The notes below the pieces were generated by a model. It searched no databases. It saw only the letters and a list, made by a program, of their open reading frames with translations, and was not told where the DNA came from. The position numbers and the translations under genes were made by a program. Shown piece by piece: positions 40,327 to 52,016 of a stretch of 61,759 nucleotides of DNA; within the stretch, counting starts at the first letter, position 1; each line of letters opens with the position of its first letter. Source of the stretch: Polaribacter sp. (GTDB lineage: Bacteria; Pseudomonadota; Gammaproteobacteria; GCA-001735895); assembly GCA_047615545.1 (NCBI GenBank), contig JBLHID010000002.1:1-61759 (forward strand), given 5' to 3'.

Positions 40327-41679
40327 ATGAAACATAATTATAACTATGATGTCATCGCCATCGGCGCAGGCAGTGGCGGGCTTTCGGTGGTTGAAAGAGC
40401 CGTGAGTTATGGCCAAAAATGTGCCGTTGTCGAACGCGGAAAAATGGGCGGTACCTGTGTCAATGTTGGTTGTGTGCCTAAAAAAATCATGTGGTTTGGC
40501 GCCAACATGGCCCACTCGATTGAAGATGCCAAAAGCTATGGTTTCGATGTCAGCAACAATGGGTTTGACTGGGGTAAACTAGTCAAAAAACGTGAGGCCT
40601 ATATTGATGGGATCAATCACTGGTATCACGGTTATCTTAAAGATCTAGGCATTGATGAACTCACCGGCAATGCGCGTTTCCTTGATTCCCACACAATTGA
40701 AGTAGACGGCAAGCAATACACCGCAGATCATATCGTTATTTCGACCGGCACTGCCCCTACTTTGCCTAACATCCCTGGTGCCGAGTATGTAATTACTTCG
40801 GATGGCTTTTTCGCACTGGATGCTTTACCAAAGCAAGTCGCTATCGTTGGTTCTGGTTATATTGCGGTTGAATTGGCCGGTGTTTTAAATTCACTCGGCA
40901 CAGACGTTACGATGTACCTCCGAAAGTCGCATGTACTGGGCGAATTCGATAGCTTGTTGAAAACAACTTTGTTCGACGCATTGCAAAAGTCGGGGGTCAC
41001 ACTTAAAACAAACACTCAAGTTACCAGTATTACTCAAAACAACGCTCTACTTGATATCAATGACGACCAAGGTGATATTCAATCGGGACTCGATCAAATC
41101 ATTTATGCCGTTGGTCGCAGCCCAGATCACGCCGGCCTCGATATCGAAAAATCTGGTGTTAAAATCGATCACCGCGGCTATATCCCATGCGATTTATTTC
41201 AAAATACCAATCAAGCCCATATCTTTGCATTAGGTGATATTACAGGTCGCGCACCTTTAACGCCGGTGGCTATCGCTGCTGGCAGGCGTCTTGCCGACCG
41301 CCTTTATAATGGCCAAACCGGTAGACATGTCGATTACCAAAATATTGCTACCGTCGTATTCAGTCATCCACCGATTGGAACTGTGGGCCTCACCGAAGAA
41401 GAGGCTAAAACGAAACATGGCGATGAGGTCAAAATTTATCAAACCGAATTCACCGCAATGTATAACTCAATTTCAGATCACGCAGTACCAACCGCAATGA
41501 AATTGGTTTGCTTAGGGGAGAATGAAGTGGTCATTGGTTGCCATGTGATTGGTCCAGGCGTTGACGAAATGTTACAAGGTTTTGCTGTTGCAATCCGAAT
41601 GGGCGCAACCAAAAAGGATTTTGACGACACGATTGCAATTCACCCAACCAGTTCAGAAGAGCTGGTTACAATGCGCTAA
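40327..41679 (+). CDS. gor: Glutathione-disulfide reductase
   Basis: 450 aa; [25 protein letters not shown] redox disulfide, C-terminal [12 protein letters not shown]. Confidence 0.93.
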   Translation: MKHNYNYDVIAIGAGSGGLSVVERAVSYGQKCAVVERGKMGGTCVNVGCVPKKIMWFGANMAHSIEDAKSYGFDVSNNGFDWGKLVKKREAYIDGINHWYHGYLKDLGIDELTGNARFLDSHTIEVDGKQYTADHIVISTGTAPTLPNIPGAEYVITSDGFFALDALPKQVAIVGSGYIAVELAGVLNSLGTDVTMYLRKSHVLGEFDSLLKTTLFDALQKSGVTLKTNTQVTSITQNNALLDINDDQGDIQSGLDQIIYAVGRSPDHAGLDIEKSGVKIDHRGYIPCDLFQNTNQAHIFALGDITGRAPLTPVAIAAGRRLADRLYNGQTGRHVDYQNIATVVFSHPPIGTVGLTEEEAKTKHGDEVKIYQTEFTAMYNSISDHAVPTAMKLVCLGENEVVIGCHVIGPGVDEMLQGFAVAIRMGATKKDFDDTIAIHPTSSEELVTMR

Positions 41680-41684
41680 TGTCC

Positions 41685-41728
41685 CTCCATTTTCAGGCGC
41701 TATCTATTACAGGTAGCGCCTGATGGAG
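41685..41728. terminator. Long hairpin between convergent gor and the 471-aa gene
   Basis: CTCCAT-ttt-CAGGCGCTA [11-nt loop] TAGCGCCTG-ATGGAG: a 9-bp stem plus 6 bp with a 3-nt bulge. It abuts the stop codon at 41730. Confidence 0.6.
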
Positions 41729-41729
41729 C

Positions 41730-43145
41730 CTATTTCCCTCGGTAGCCAAAGAAACGGTTTTTAATAATTTCGGCCGCAACACCCTTCGGCAAACTCTTTT
41801 CCCAATCACCACGTCCATTGGGTAACTGCTTGAGTATGTTACGTGAAAATATTTCAAGTAATTTTTGATCACTACTTTCAATTCCAAAGATAAACTTATT
41901 CACCACTAAATGTTCATAAAGAAATTGTAAATTTTCTGGCAGTGTCACGTTGGTAAAATCGCGTAATTCGTCAGATTGGTCGATTTCTGGATAAACTAAC
42001 AGACGTGTTTTATCTGGGAAAAGCTTGCCAAAACCTTCTAGTATTCCCCCTTCAACACCCCGATAACTGCTCTCGTCAAAAATCTCACGTATATTGATTA
42101 ATCCCACTACGATACCGATTTGGAGCTGGGTGAACTGCCGAAAATAAGCGCGCAAAGAAAAGTAGCGAGTGTAGTCAGAGATCATGACGCTATAACCCAG
42201 CGAGTTAAGTAAATGCACACGAGCGAGTAAGTCTGCTTCCGACACCATCAGGTCGCTGCCACGCGAATCGTTCAATGAAATTTCCGCCAGTGCCACGCTG
42301 TTTTCAGGCGTGACTCCGTCAATCTCGTTAAACGTCTTCATGCCTTGTTCAATCATATCGACATTCAAACGTGTTACCGGACGAAACGAGCCACGAATAG
42401 TAAGCACATTTTTTTTGTATAGCATTTCAGCTGGAACGATGACCGAACCATCAGGCTTGAACATGATCGCCCGTGTTTTCCAGCTACGGATTAAATGTAG
42501 GTTGATCGAGCGATTCTCGACCTCTTCGAAATAGGGGCCATTGAACTCAATAGAGTCGATCTCGATCTGTCCGTTAGCCATACCGTCGGTGAGTGACTCG
42601 ATAATTTTCTTCGTATTTTCAATGTAGTAATAACAGGCATAGATTAAGTTAACCCCAAATAGGCCAAGTGCCGTTTGTTGGCTTTCTGCATTTTCATCAC
42701 GCATCCGAATGTGAACGACGATTTCAGATGGTTCTGCACCAGGATACATTTGAATGCGAATGCCGCACCAGGCGTGACATTCGTTATCTGCGTTATAACT
42801 CTTCGCAGCCACTGTCGCACCATAGGCAAAGAATCGAGAGGCCTTAGGTCGTGATGTACCGACGCGATTGATCACCAAATCAAACTCTTGCTCGATCATC
42901 GATTTGACTCTTGATTTACTGACATAACGTCGATCTTCCTGCACGCCATAAATGGCATCAGAAAAAGTCATGTCATAGGCGGACATTGTTTTAGCAATAG
43001 TCCCTGCAGCTGCACCACTCTTGAAAAATTGGCGCGCTACTTCTTGCCCAGCACCAATTTCAACAATAGTTCCATATTTCTTTTCATCAAGATTAATACG
43101 TAATGCTTTCTCTCGAGTATTTCGGCTGCTAACAGTTTTGTACAT
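41730..43145 (-). CDS. Conserved protein of unknown function (471 aa, cytoplasmic-looking)
   Basis: Long clean ORF with KYGTIVEIGAGQEVARQFFKSGAAAGTIAKTMSAYDMTFSDAIYG, which I recognise as recurring in gammaproteobacteria but cannot tie to a characterised family. Confidence 0.8.
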   Translation of the reverse strand: MYKTVSSRNTREKALRINLDEKKYGTIVEIGAGQEVARQFFKSGAAAGTIAKTMSAYDMTFSDAIYGVQEDRRYVSKSRVKSMIEQEFDLVINRVGTSRPKASRFFAYGATVAAKSYNADNECHAWCGIRIQMYPGAEPSEIVVHIRMRDENAESQQTALGLFGVNLIYACYYYIENTKKIIESLTDGMANGQIEIDSIEFNGPYFEEVENRSINLHLIRSWKTRAIMFKPDGSVIVPAEMLYKKNVLTIRGSFRPVTRLNVDMIEQGMKTFNEIDGVTPENSVALAEISLNDSRGSDLMVSEADLLARVHLLNSLGYSVMISDYTRYFSLRAYFRQFTQLQIGIVVGLINIREIFDESSYRGVEGGILEGFGKLFPDKTRLLVYPEIDQSDELRDFTNVTLPENLQFLYEHLVVNKFIFGIESSDQKLLEIFSRNILKQLPNGRGDWEKSLPKGVAAEIIKNRFFGYRGK

Positions 43146-43302
43146 TTTCTATCCAGAAGTGATTTAGTAGAAGATCAAAAATCTATCATCTTATTCTAAT
43201 TGTTCTATTAATGAATAACTTTAGATTTTACGTCATCTTTTTAACAGCACATCAAGTGCACTGAAAAATTATGTCTGAGCCCATACTATACCAACTAAAG
43301 CC

Positions 43303-46300
43303 TTAACCCGCTTCCGCCAATAAACTCGCATTTCCGCCGGCCGCAGTCGTATCGATACAAATATGGCGTTCAATTTGACATCGAGCAGAAAAATCCTGTT
43401 CCGCACACAACCCGATTAGTGCACCTTTGCGCTTTGCTAACACCTGGCGTGTAATGCGCAAATCTTTAGTATTGCTCCAAAGTACGATTAGTTGAAAACC
43501 ATTTAAAATTCCTAGGTCTTTTCTATCGAGTACGCCATTGAGGCCATCAATGTCAGATATCTCAGGGGCAATACAAATGGCGATACACCCGTTGTTTTTT
43601 GCAATACTAGCTTGCTGCAATGCTGCTGCTTTGGTTGGCCCAAGACAAAGCACAACCCCCCGGCCATAAATGGATAACCGATTCGATTCACCCGTCGGCC
43701 CCGGTAGGTTAAGTGTTTCAAGATGAGCGGGGCGTATGAACCTAACAGCGTCAATTCGCGCTTGTACTTGTTCGACAGCAACAGAGTCTGCTTTCACCTC
43801 ATCGATTGTAGTCATGTCAGGCTTCGTAAACCGAGCAACATAGTTTGGGCCACCTGCTTTGGGGCCAGTACCAGAAAGACCTTCACCACCAAAAGGTTGA
43901 GAGCCCACAATGGCACCGATTTGATTCCGGTTTATATATATATTTCCGACGTTTAAACGGGATGTGACTTGCTCAATACGGCTATCGATTCGGGTGTGCA
44001 TACCAAAGGTAAGGCCGTAACCGCTAGTATTGATATCATCTACAATTGTGTCTAGTTCGTTTGCTTTAAATGTGGCTACATGCATGACAGGACCGAATAT
44101 TTCTTTCGCCATATCAAGAATACCTTTCACTTTTATCACCGCAGGGCCAACGAACTTGCCTTCAGTTGGCGCAGTTATTTGCTTCAATAACCGGCCTTCG
44201 GATCTGGCATTTTGTATGTATTGGGAGATTTCCAATCGTGCTGCTTCGTTAATGACGGGCCCTAAATCGGTTGCGTATAGCCATGGGTTATCCACTACCA
44301 GCTCATCCATAGCACCGTATAACATGTCAAGAAATGGCACGGCGATCTCTTCTTGTAAATACAATAGACGCAAAGCAGAACAACGCTGACCAGCAGATTG
44401 AAATGCGGACGCGATAATGTCTTTAATAGCCTGCTCGGGCAATGCGGTACTATCGACAATGAGTGCATTTAGTCCACCCGTTTCAGCTATTAATGGCGCG
44501 GTTGGATCAATCTGTTTCACCATCGCTTGATTAATGGTCTGTGCCGTGGCGGTAGACCCGGTGAAACAAATCCCATTAATTCGTGGATCAGAAGTAATTT
44601 TTGCACCGACAATCGAACCAGCGCCAGGTAATAATTGCAGTACTTGGGCTGGAACACCTGCTTCGTGCATTAGTTTGACTACAATACAGGCGATAATTGA
44701 CGTCGGCGCGGCTGGCTTCGCAATAACGCCATTACCCGCGGCAAGCGCCGCAGAAATTTGACCAGCGAATATTGCTAATGGAAAATTCCAAGGTGATATA
44801 CAAGCAATGATACCGCGGGCTGGATCGGATACTTCCTGCCCACGAGCTGCGTAATAACGTAAGAAATCAACGGCCTCTCGTAATTCTGCAATGGCGTCGA
44901 GCGGGGTTTTACCAGCTTCTCGGCTTAAGACTGCGAATAACTCACCAAAATTATCTTCGAATAAGTCTGATGCCTTAACCAGTATGGCTGCACGCTCTGC
45001 AGCCGGTGCTTGCCAACGGGTAGCTTGAGCCAATGCCGTTTCGACATCATCCAGAGACGCCTGAACCACCTCACCCACCTTATCAGTAGGCAACGCTGGA
45101 TTTATAACTGTGAGTGCCTTCGAACCACTCAACTGTCCAGCAATCAACGGGCCCACTAACCATTGTCTGGATTGGTGCGAATGACGCGCGGTTTCAATAG
45201 CAGATAAATCATTACCATCATGCAAATCCCAACCTTTGGAGTTTTGACGCTCCGTCTCGTACAGTTTAAATGGATGAACAACGGCCTGATTCTCTAATTG
45301 ATCTGTCAGTTTTGCAAACGGGTCGGCAGCCACTTCCGAGGGCGGGACGTTGTCATCAACTATTTGATTGACGAAAGAACTATTCGCCCCATTTTCGAGC
45401 AGGCGCCGGACTAAATACGCCAGTAAATCGCGGTGTGCACCAACTGGCGCATAAATTCGACAGCGTGTTTTTTCCTCGTTGAGCACATTGTCATGCAACG
45501 CATCTCCCATACCATGTAGTCGCTGGAATTCAAATGTATCCATATCATCAGCCATTTCAATTATCGCGGCCACCGTATGGGCGTTGTGGGTCGCAAATTG
45601 TGGGTAAATACGATCTGTCAGCGACAATAGGCTCTGAGCACAACAAATATATGACACGTCCGTTGCTGCCTTCTGAGTGAACACAGGGAACCCTGACAAC
45701 CCTTCTACTTGCGAGCGCTTTATTTCGGTATCCCAGTAGGCACCTTTGACTAATCGCACCATGATTTTTCTATCGTGTTTTTGAGCCAGTTCATACAGCC
45801 ATTCAATAACGTCAGCGGCTCGTTTACCATAGGCTTGAACCACAATACCAAAGCCATCCCAGCCAGCGAGAGAATCATCACATAAGACCGCCTCGATCAC
45901 ATCAAGAGACAACTCGAGGCGATCGGACTCTTCAGCGTCGATATTTAAACCCATGCCCGCCGCACTCGCCTGTCTCGCTAGAGCTAGCGTACTGCGAACG
46001 AGTTCAGACATGACTCGTTTTGATTGCCCCACTTCATATCGGGGATGTAAGGCGGATAATTTGATCGAAATTCCGGGGTTTTGGCGAATATCATCCGAGG
46101 TACAAAATGGTGTCAATTCGGCGATTGCATTTTTGTAAGCCGAAAAATACGTGCGCGCATCTTTCGCTGTTAAAGCCGCCTCACCTAGCATGTCGTAGGA
46201 GTAGGTGTATCCGCTGTCCTGTCGGTTTTTCCCACGCCTAACCGCATCGCTAATGTTTTCACCCAATACAAATTGATGACCTAACTCTTTCATTGCGCGA

Positions 46301-46776
46301 GCAACAGCGGTACGAATTACTGGCTCACCCACTCGTTTTAGGGCATCTTTTAGCACCGCAGCAATGCCTTGCCCATCTTTCAGCATCTTACCTGTCAACA
46401 TCAAAGCCCAGGTCGAAGCATTCACTAAGGATGAACTTGACCGACCTAAATGTTCGCCCCAAGACGAGGGCGCAATTTTATCTTCAATCAATGCGTCGAT
46501 AGTATGGGAATCAGGTACCCGTAATAGTGCTTCCGCTAAGCACATCAGCGCCACGCCTTCGTCCGTCGACAAACCGTATTCAGCTAGAAACACTTCCATT
46601 AAACCTAGTTTATCGCCGGAGCGAATCGTCTCAACCAGCCTCGCCGCACGAGTACAAATCCTATTACGGGTCAGTGGTAGTACTTCAAATTTTTGCTGTA
46701 GCTCGGTCAATACTAGATGTTCATCACGAATGTGGTTTCGTCGAATTCGTTCCCGTGTGGATTTAAGTGCTGCCAT
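43303..46776 (-). CDS. putA: Bifunctional proline dehydrogenase / L-glutamate-gamma-semialdehyde dehydrogenase
   Basis: 1157 aa; PRODH barrel (YSYDMLGE, FATHNAH), ALDH domain (ISPWNFPLAIF, FQSAGQRCSA, EIFGPV), C-terminal domain. No N-terminal RHH. Confidence 0.95.
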   Translation of the reverse strand: MAALKSTRERIRRNHIRDEHLVLTELQQKFEVLPLTRNRICTRAARLVETIRSGDKLGLMEVFLAEYGLSTDEGVALMCLAEALLRVPDSHTIDALIEDKIAPSSWGEHLGRSSSSLVNASTWALMLTGKMLKDGQGIAAVLKDALKRVGEPVIRTAVARAMKELGHQFVLGENISDAVRRGKNRQDSGYTYSYDMLGEAALTAKDARTYFSAYKNAIAELTPFCTSDDIRQNPGISIKLSALHPRYEVGQSKRVMSELVRSTLALARQASAAGMGLNIDAEESDRLELSLDVIEAVLCDDSLAGWDGFGIVVQAYGKRAADVIEWLYELAQKHDRKIMVRLVKGAYWDTEIKRSQVEGLSGFPVFTQKAATDVSYICCAQSLLSLTDRIYPQFATHNAHTVAAIIEMADDMDTFEFQRLHGMGDALHDNVLNEEKTRCRIYAPVGAHRDLLAYLVRRLLENGANSSFVNQIVDDNVPPSEVAADPFAKLTDQLENQAVVHPFKLYETERQNSKGWDLHDGNDLSAIETARHSHQSRQWLVGPLIAGQLSGSKALTVINPALPTDKVGEVVQASLDDVETALAQATRWQAPAAERAAILVKASDLFEDNFGELFAVLSREAGKTPLDAIAELREAVDFLRYYAARGQEVSDPARGIIACISPWNFPLAIFAGQISAALAAGNGVIAKPAAPTSIIACIVVKLMHEAGVPAQVLQLLPGAGSIVGAKITSDPRINGICFTGSTATAQTINQAMVKQIDPTAPLIAETGGLNALIVDSTALPEQAIKDIIASAFQSAGQRCSALRLLYLQEEIAVPFLDMLYGAMDELVVDNPWLYATDLGPVINEAARLEISQYIQNARSEGRLLKQITAPTEGKFVGPAVIKVKGILDMAKEIFGPVMHVATFKANELDTIVDDINTSGYGLTFGMHTRIDSRIEQVTSRLNVGNIYINRNQIGAIVGSQPFGGEGLSGTGPKAGGPNYVARFTKPDMTTIDEVKADSVAVEQVQARIDAVRFIRPAHLETLNLPGPTGESNRLSIYGRGVVLCLGPTKAAALQQASIAKNNGCIAICIAPEISDIDGLNGVLDRKDLGILNGFQLIVLWSNTKDLRITRQVLAKRKGALIGLCAEQDFSARCQIERHICIDTTAAGGNASLLAEAG

Positions 46777-46902
46777 TAGCTTATCCTCTTGAATATTAGT
46801 AGTATCAATGTAACCTAAATCGGATAGACAATACTCCTGTTAAATTCGATTTATCCGGACTTAAAATTTATTATATTTTAATTTGAAGGCGATAACCTTG
46901 AT

Positions 46903-47367
46903 ATGGCACTAGATTACGGGCATTTAACCCAAACCGATTACAAACTGCTGGAGATACTGGGACATGATGGCCGCATACCGGTAACTGAACTAGCAAAGCA
47001 GGTAGCCATGTCGAAATCGGCCTGTCAGGTGCGATTGAAAAGGCTTCAGGCTGAGGGCTATATTCTTGGGTTTCGCGCGGTACTCGACCCAACCAAATTA
47101 GGCAGGGATCACATTGCATTTGTAGAAGTTAAACTCATCGATACAACCGAGAAGGCACTAAGCGCCTTTAATGCGGCGGTGCTAGGGGTGACTGAAATTG
47201 AGCAATGTCACATGATAGCAGGCGCATTTGATTACCTTTTGAAGGTAAGAACTAGCCACATGAAAAGCTATCGTTTTGTACTGGGAGAAGTGATTAGCAC
47301 CCTGCCCTTTGTTGGCAGTACTTCAACCCATGTATCGATGGAGGCGATAAAGGATGACGTGTTTTAA
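46903..47367 (+). CDS. Lrp/AsnC-family transcriptional regulator, divergent from putA (PutR-like position)
   Basis: 154 aa; D.KLLEILGHDGRIPVTELAKQVAMSKSACQVRLKRLQAEGYI HTH plus an RAM domain. Confidence 0.9.
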   Translation: MALDYGHLTQTDYKLLEILGHDGRIPVTELAKQVAMSKSACQVRLKRLQAEGYILGFRAVLDPTKLGRDHIAFVEVKLIDTTEKALSAFNAAVLGVTEIEQCHMIAGAFDYLLKVRTSHMKSYRFVLGEVISTLPFVGSTSTHVSMEAIKDDVF

Positions 47368-47417
47368 ATAACGCCACAGTTGTGCCCACAAAAGGTGTTA
47401 AGAACTAGTTACTAGAC

Positions 47418-48314
47418 CTAGTTGCTGAATCTAGTTGCAAGAAAAACAGCAACGATAACCAGCACAGCCCCACATACCTGCACCCAGTCCAAATATTCAC
47501 CGAGTATCGCCGCAGCGGCAATAATAGCAACGATAGGTTCGACGTTATAAATGAGTGATGCTTGGCTCGCGCTAATAAAGCGCATCGATAGAGCATACCC
47601 CCAAAATCCAACGATATAGCAAAAGCTACCGATAGCGAGTGCCATCCAAGACACTTCAGTTTCTGGTAATGCCAACCCGCCAAACAATGGCAGGATCAAA
47701 AACATCAATGGTAGTCCGCCGCTATTACTCCAAAAAATCAGCGTTATTTCATCCACATCGCGTCTCGCTCGATGGGTAGACAACATTAATATTGTAATGC
47801 TAATACAGGCCATAAAGGCAAAGGCGATGCCCCGCCAATCTAGTTCACCTATAGAAGGTGCTAACACCAAAGCCAAACCCAAAAAAGCCAATAAACACAC
47901 TATGATATGTAACGGGGATAACTTTTGTCGGTTGGTCAGCGTTTCGATGACTATCACCAATGCGGGATAGATGTATAGAATCAGTAGTGCCAGTGCGACC
48001 GGAATGTATTGCACGGCACTCAATATGCCAACCCCCAGCCCTAGATTACTGACAATGGTTAAAGCGACCGGAACAACTGATTTTTGGGGAATCCGCCATC
48101 CACGCTTTAGCAAAAAAACTAATGGTGTGATGAGCAGTAAGATGGCAATGGTACGAACAACAGTGAAGGTAATGGCATTGCCACCGCCATCATACGATAG
48201 CGACGCAAAGACCGGCATTAGCCCGAACGAAGCGGCAGAAATCAGAACAGTCGCGATACCAAACAACCGCCGGGGCGGACTTGATTCAGGCGTTAATTTA
48301 TGGGCATTGGTCAT
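47418..48314 (-). CDS. DMT superfamily (EamA) transporter
   Basis: 298 aa; ten hydrophobic segments in two EamA halves. Confidence 0.85.
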   Translation of the reverse strand: MTNAHKLTPESSPPRRLFGIATVLISAASFGLMPVFASLSYDGGGNAITFTVVRTIAILLLITPLVFLLKRGWRIPQKSVVPVALTIVSNLGLGVGILSAVQYIPVALALLILYIYPALVIVIETLTNRQKLSPLHIIVCLLAFLGLALVLAPSIGELDWRGIAFAFMACISITILMLSTHRARRDVDEITLIFWSNSGGLPLMFLILPLFGGLALPETEVSWMALAIGSFCYIVGFWGYALSMRFISASQASLIYNVEPIVAIIAAAAILGEYLDWVQVCGAVLVIVAVFLATRFSN

Positions 48315-48430
48315 AATGCGGGAGCATAATGACCCTGTAAGTGAATAGCCAGCAGAATTAGCCTGTATGGGCTCTTATAGCCATGCTATCTATATTCATA
48401 TGTACAAAAGCATGGCGATGCGAATCTACC

Positions 48431-50035
48431 CTAGGCGACCTTGATCAAGCGTTCCTGACTGGCTAGATATTCTTCATAACTACCCTGAAAGTCGATCAGT
48501 TGATGATCTTTCACTTCGACGATACGGGTCGCAAGCGATGATACGAATTCACGGTCATGACTAACGAAAATGACAGTACCATCATATTTCGCTAACCCTT
48601 GGTTGAGTGATTCAATCGACTCCATATCAAGGTGGTTAGTTGGCTCGTCAAGAATGAGTACATTTGCATCCGACATCATTAGCTTACCAAATAACAACCT
48701 GTTCTTTTCGCCACCAGAGCAAACCTTCGCTTTCTTTTTAGAATCGTCAGCGCTAAACAACAAACGTCCTAACATGCCCCGGACCATCAACTCGTCGTGC
48801 TTAGGTTGACGCCACTGGGACATCCAGTCAAACAGATTTAAATCGTTATTAAAGTCAGATGTATTATCCTGAGGGCAATAAGCGATTTTGGCATTTTCTG
48901 ACCATTTTATAGTACCTGAATTGGCCTGAAGCTGATCGATTAGGCAACGCAAGAATGTGGTTTTACCCGTACCGTTTTCACCAATCACGGCAAGCTTTGC
49001 TCCCGCTTCGAGGATTAAATCTCCCTTATCAAACAATGTTTTACCGTCAAAACCATGTGACAACCCTTCTAATACTAACGCTTGTCGATGGAGTTTTTTC
49101 TCTTGTTGCAAAGTGATGAAAGGGCTTATTCGACTCGATGGTTTAACTTCATCAAGTTTTATTTTATCCATCTTCTTGGCACGTGAACTAGCTTGCTTAG
49201 CTTTTGAAGCATTGGCAGAGAAGCGATTAACGAAGTCTTGTAGCTCACTCAGTTCTAGGCTCTTCTTGGCATTCGAGGTTTGTAACTGCTCGCGTATTAA
49301 GCTCGACGCGGCCATAAAAGCCTCGTAGTTGCCTGGATAGACGCGTAGCTCACCATAGTCAATATCAGCCATATGAGTACAGACGGAGTTCAAAAAGTGT
49401 CTGTCGTGCGAGATAATGATCATGGTCGAGTTACGACGGTTAAGCACTGTCGCCAGCCAGTTGATAGTATTGATATCAAGGTTGTTGGTTGGCTCATCCA
49501 GTAGCAGAATATCTGGGTCTGAAAACAACGCCTGTGCCAATAGCACTCGCAGTTTCCAACCAGGTGCCACCTGTTTCATCAAACCCCTGTGCAGTGATTC
49601 GTCGATGCCTGCCTGTAACAGTATTTCACCCGCTCGACTTTCTGCACTATAACCATCCATTTCAGCGAATTCAGTTTCCAAGTCACCTACTTTCATGCCA
49701 TCTTCATCAGACATCTCGGGTAAGCCATAAATACGCTCACGTTCTTGCTTTACCTTCCACAGTGCAACATCGCCCATGATAACGGTATCGATAACAGTGC
49801 TCTCTTCAAATGCATATTGATCTTGGCTTAAAACGCCGACTTTATCATTGGGCGTAATCGAGACATTACCAGACGTTGGTTGCAGCTCGCCACTGAGAAT
49901 CTTCATCAAAGTCGATTTACCGCAACCATTGGCACCGATTAATCCATATCGATTACCATTACCAAATTTAGCGGAAATGTTTTCGAATAACGGCTTAGCG
50001 CCGAATTGCATTGTAATATTGGCGGTGGAAATCAC
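48431..50035 (-). CDS. ybiT: ABC-F family ATPase, YbiT type
   Basis: Near-collinear with E. coli YbiT as I recall it ([35 protein letters not shown]...). The GTG at 50035 gives [11 protein letters not shown], matching the YbiT N-terminus; the ORF is open to 50110. Confidence 0.92.
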   Translation of the reverse strand: MISTANITMQFGAKPLFENISAKFGNGNRYGLIGANGCGKSTLMKILSGELQPTSGNVSITPNDKVGVLSQDQYAFEESTVIDTVIMGDVALWKVKQERERIYGLPEMSDEDGMKVGDLETEFAEMDGYSAESRAGEILLQAGIDESLHRGLMKQVAPGWKLRVLLAQALFSDPDILLLDEPTNNLDINTINWLATVLNRRNSTMIIISHDRHFLNSVCTHMADIDYGELRVYPGNYEAFMAASSLIREQLQTSNAKKSLELSELQDFVNRFSANASKAKQASSRAKKMDKIKLDEVKPSSRISPFITLQQEKKLHRQALVLEGLSHGFDGKTLFDKGDLILEAGAKLAVIGENGTGKTTFLRCLIDQLQANSGTIKWSENAKIAYCPQDNTSDFNNDLNLFDWMSQWRQPKHDELMVRGMLGRLLFSADDSKKKAKVCSGGEKNRLLFGKLMMSDANVLILDEPTNHLDMESIESLNQGLAKYDGTVIFVSHDREFVSSLATRIVEVKDHQLIDFQGSYEEYLASQERLIKVA

Positions 50036-50189
50036 GAGGGTGTCCTGAATAGCTGGAGTAAAAAATAACGTCGGCGAATAGAGGCCAGAATTACGAGACA
50101 AGGTGGGCAAAATTGGCGCGCGGAGTTTAATTGTTTATGACTAGAATGTCAAAGTGAAGAGAGCCCCCTGTCGACTAATTCATATCTGG

Positions 50190-51158
50190 CTACTTCTTTC
50201 TCGCTAGTAAGATCGCTCTTTTGGGTGCTGGTAGTCCTTCGATGGTAACGTTCGGGTTATTCCCATCTAAGCAATCTGTAAGTGATTCAAATGTCATCCA
50301 GTCAGTTGTGCGCTGCTCTTCGATTGTCGTGATTGATTCGTCAACAATACGCACATCGACAAAACCACATTTCTCTAGCCAATTACTGAGTTCAATTGCA
50401 CTCGGTAGGAACCAGATGTTTTTCATGCGCGCATAGCGATCCTTAGGTACCAAAACTTCTCCTGCCCCACCATCGATCACTAAGGTTTCAAGACATAACT
50501 CACCCCCACTACAGAGCAGGCTTTTTAATTGGTATAGGTGATCAATAGGGCTTTTTCGATGGTATAAAACGCCCATTGAAAACACGGTATCAAACCAGTT
50601 CATGCCGGTTGGCATATCTTCGATGCCGATGGGCAATAGGTGTATTTCAGACCGATTTAGGTATTTTTGAACCACTTGAAATTGTAGGTTGTAGAGAACT
50701 GATGGTTCGATGCCTAATACCAATGATGGTGATTCTTCTAGCATTCGCCAACAGTGATAACCGTTCCCACAGCCTATGTCGAGTACTTTCCGGTTTTTCA
50801 ATGGCGTTAAATGTGGCTGTACACGATCCCATTTAAAGTCAGAGCGCCATTCAGTATCCAGCCGTAAGTCATTAAACTGAAAAGGGCCTTTTCTCCAGGG
50901 CATTAGACCTTTTAGGGCATCATGCAATTGGTCTTGTTCATGACATAGACCTTCGATAGTGACCGCAGATTTGGAAAAGTCACCTATTGCGTGGTCAATG
51001 TCTGGCAGCTGCGTTACGGCTGTATTCCACCGCGAATAGTCGCCATGGTGTATTAGCCAATCGGGTTGCTTTAGTTCTAGTTCTTGCGCCCACGCCGAAA
51101 AACCCCCATCGCGTAATGCTGACAATAACAATTCAAAGTTCATCATGGGTAGTGTCAC
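50190..51158 (-). CDS. cmoB: tRNA U34 carboxymethyltransferase
   Basis: 322 aa; PWRKGPF......DTEWRSD.KW.R, DIGCGNGY. 4-nt overlap with cmoA. Confidence 0.92.
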   Translation of the reverse strand: MTLPMMNFELLLSALRDGGFSAWAQELELKQPDWLIHHGDYSRWNTAVTQLPDIDHAIGDFSKSAVTIEGLCHEQDQLHDALKGLMPWRKGPFQFNDLRLDTEWRSDFKWDRVQPHLTPLKNRKVLDIGCGNGYHCWRMLEESPSLVLGIEPSVLYNLQFQVVQKYLNRSEIHLLPIGIEDMPTGMNWFDTVFSMGVLYHRKSPIDHLYQLKSLLCSGGELCLETLVIDGGAGEVLVPKDRYARMKNIWFLPSAIELSNWLEKCGFVDVRIVDESITTIEEQRTTDWMTFESLTDCLDGNNPNVTIEGLPAPKRAILLARKK

Positions 51159-51916
51159 TTAATAGCCAGATAGGAAACAAAATTGAAACATCGAAAGCAT
51201 TGGTAAATTTGGGCGAAACCAATTTGGCTTAATCGTTGATGGAGAGTAGATTGTTGATCCGGTATCAATACGTTTTCTAGTGCGGTTCTTTTCTGACTGA
51301 TTTCGAGATCGCTATAACCTTGTGTTTTTTTAAACGCTTGATACAACTCCACCATACAATCATTTTCTGCTATGTCGTTCAAGAGGACTTTCTCGGATAG
51401 GACGAGTATGCCGCCAGGTTTCATGCCTTGGTAAATGTTTTCGATTAGTGCATCACGTTCATTAGGGTCGATGAATTGCAGTGTTAAATTGAGTATGACC
51501 ATCGATGCATTTTGAATGTCGACCTGTTGAATATCGCCACAGATCCAGCCGATGTTTTTAATGGAGTGTTCAGTACACTGTTTAATCATCGATTCGGAAT
51601 TGTCGACCGCGATAATCGCACAGTCGAGTGCTTTAGTCTGATTAGCGACTATTAACGACGCCTCACCCAGTGAGCATCCCAGGTCGTAAACATTACTTTT
51701 ATCGGTAACAAACACGCTAGCATACAGACCGATCAAACGGAGCAATAGGTCATAGCCTGGTACCGAGCGTGAAATCATATCGCGAAAAACCTGAGTGACA
51801 TTGTCATCAAATTCGAAGGCCTTAATATCGCTTAACGGTTTCGAAAAAACCTGGTCTCGCTTTACTGCTTTTTGATCAAGGTCCACATCTTGATCGGGAA
51901 GTTTGTCGTCAGTCAT
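51155..51916 (-). CDS. cmoA: Carboxy-S-adenosyl-L-methionine synthase
   Basis: 253 aa; F.FD..V..VF.DMI.RSVPGY, DLGCSLG, LNLTLQF. Confidence 0.92.
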   Translation of the reverse strand: MTDDKLPDQDVDLDQKAVKRDQVFSKPLSDIKAFEFDDNVTQVFRDMISRSVPGYDLLLRLIGLYASVFVTDKSNVYDLGCSLGEASLIVANQTKALDCAIIAVDNSESMIKQCTEHSIKNIGWICGDIQQVDIQNASMVILNLTLQFIDPNERDALIENIYQGMKPGGILVLSEKVLLNDIAENDCMVELYQAFKKTQGYSDLEISQKRTALENVLIPDQQSTLHQRLSQIGFAQIYQCFRCFNFVSYLAIK

Positions 51917-52016
51917 ATTGGATTAGGTATCTGAAGTGTTTGTCTATTGGAATTATGAGGCATTTTAAATGCTAAGCATGTGCGATCAATGTATTAATGT
52001 TATTTGAATCAAAAAG

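Noticed and set aside
43303-46776. Many 60-140-aa ORFs antisense to or out of frame within putA. The same occurs within rpsA, aroA, ybiT, ftsK, the hydantoinase gene and others.
   Set aside because: They are shadow ORFs inside long, confidently assigned genes, with skewed composition typical of antisense frames.
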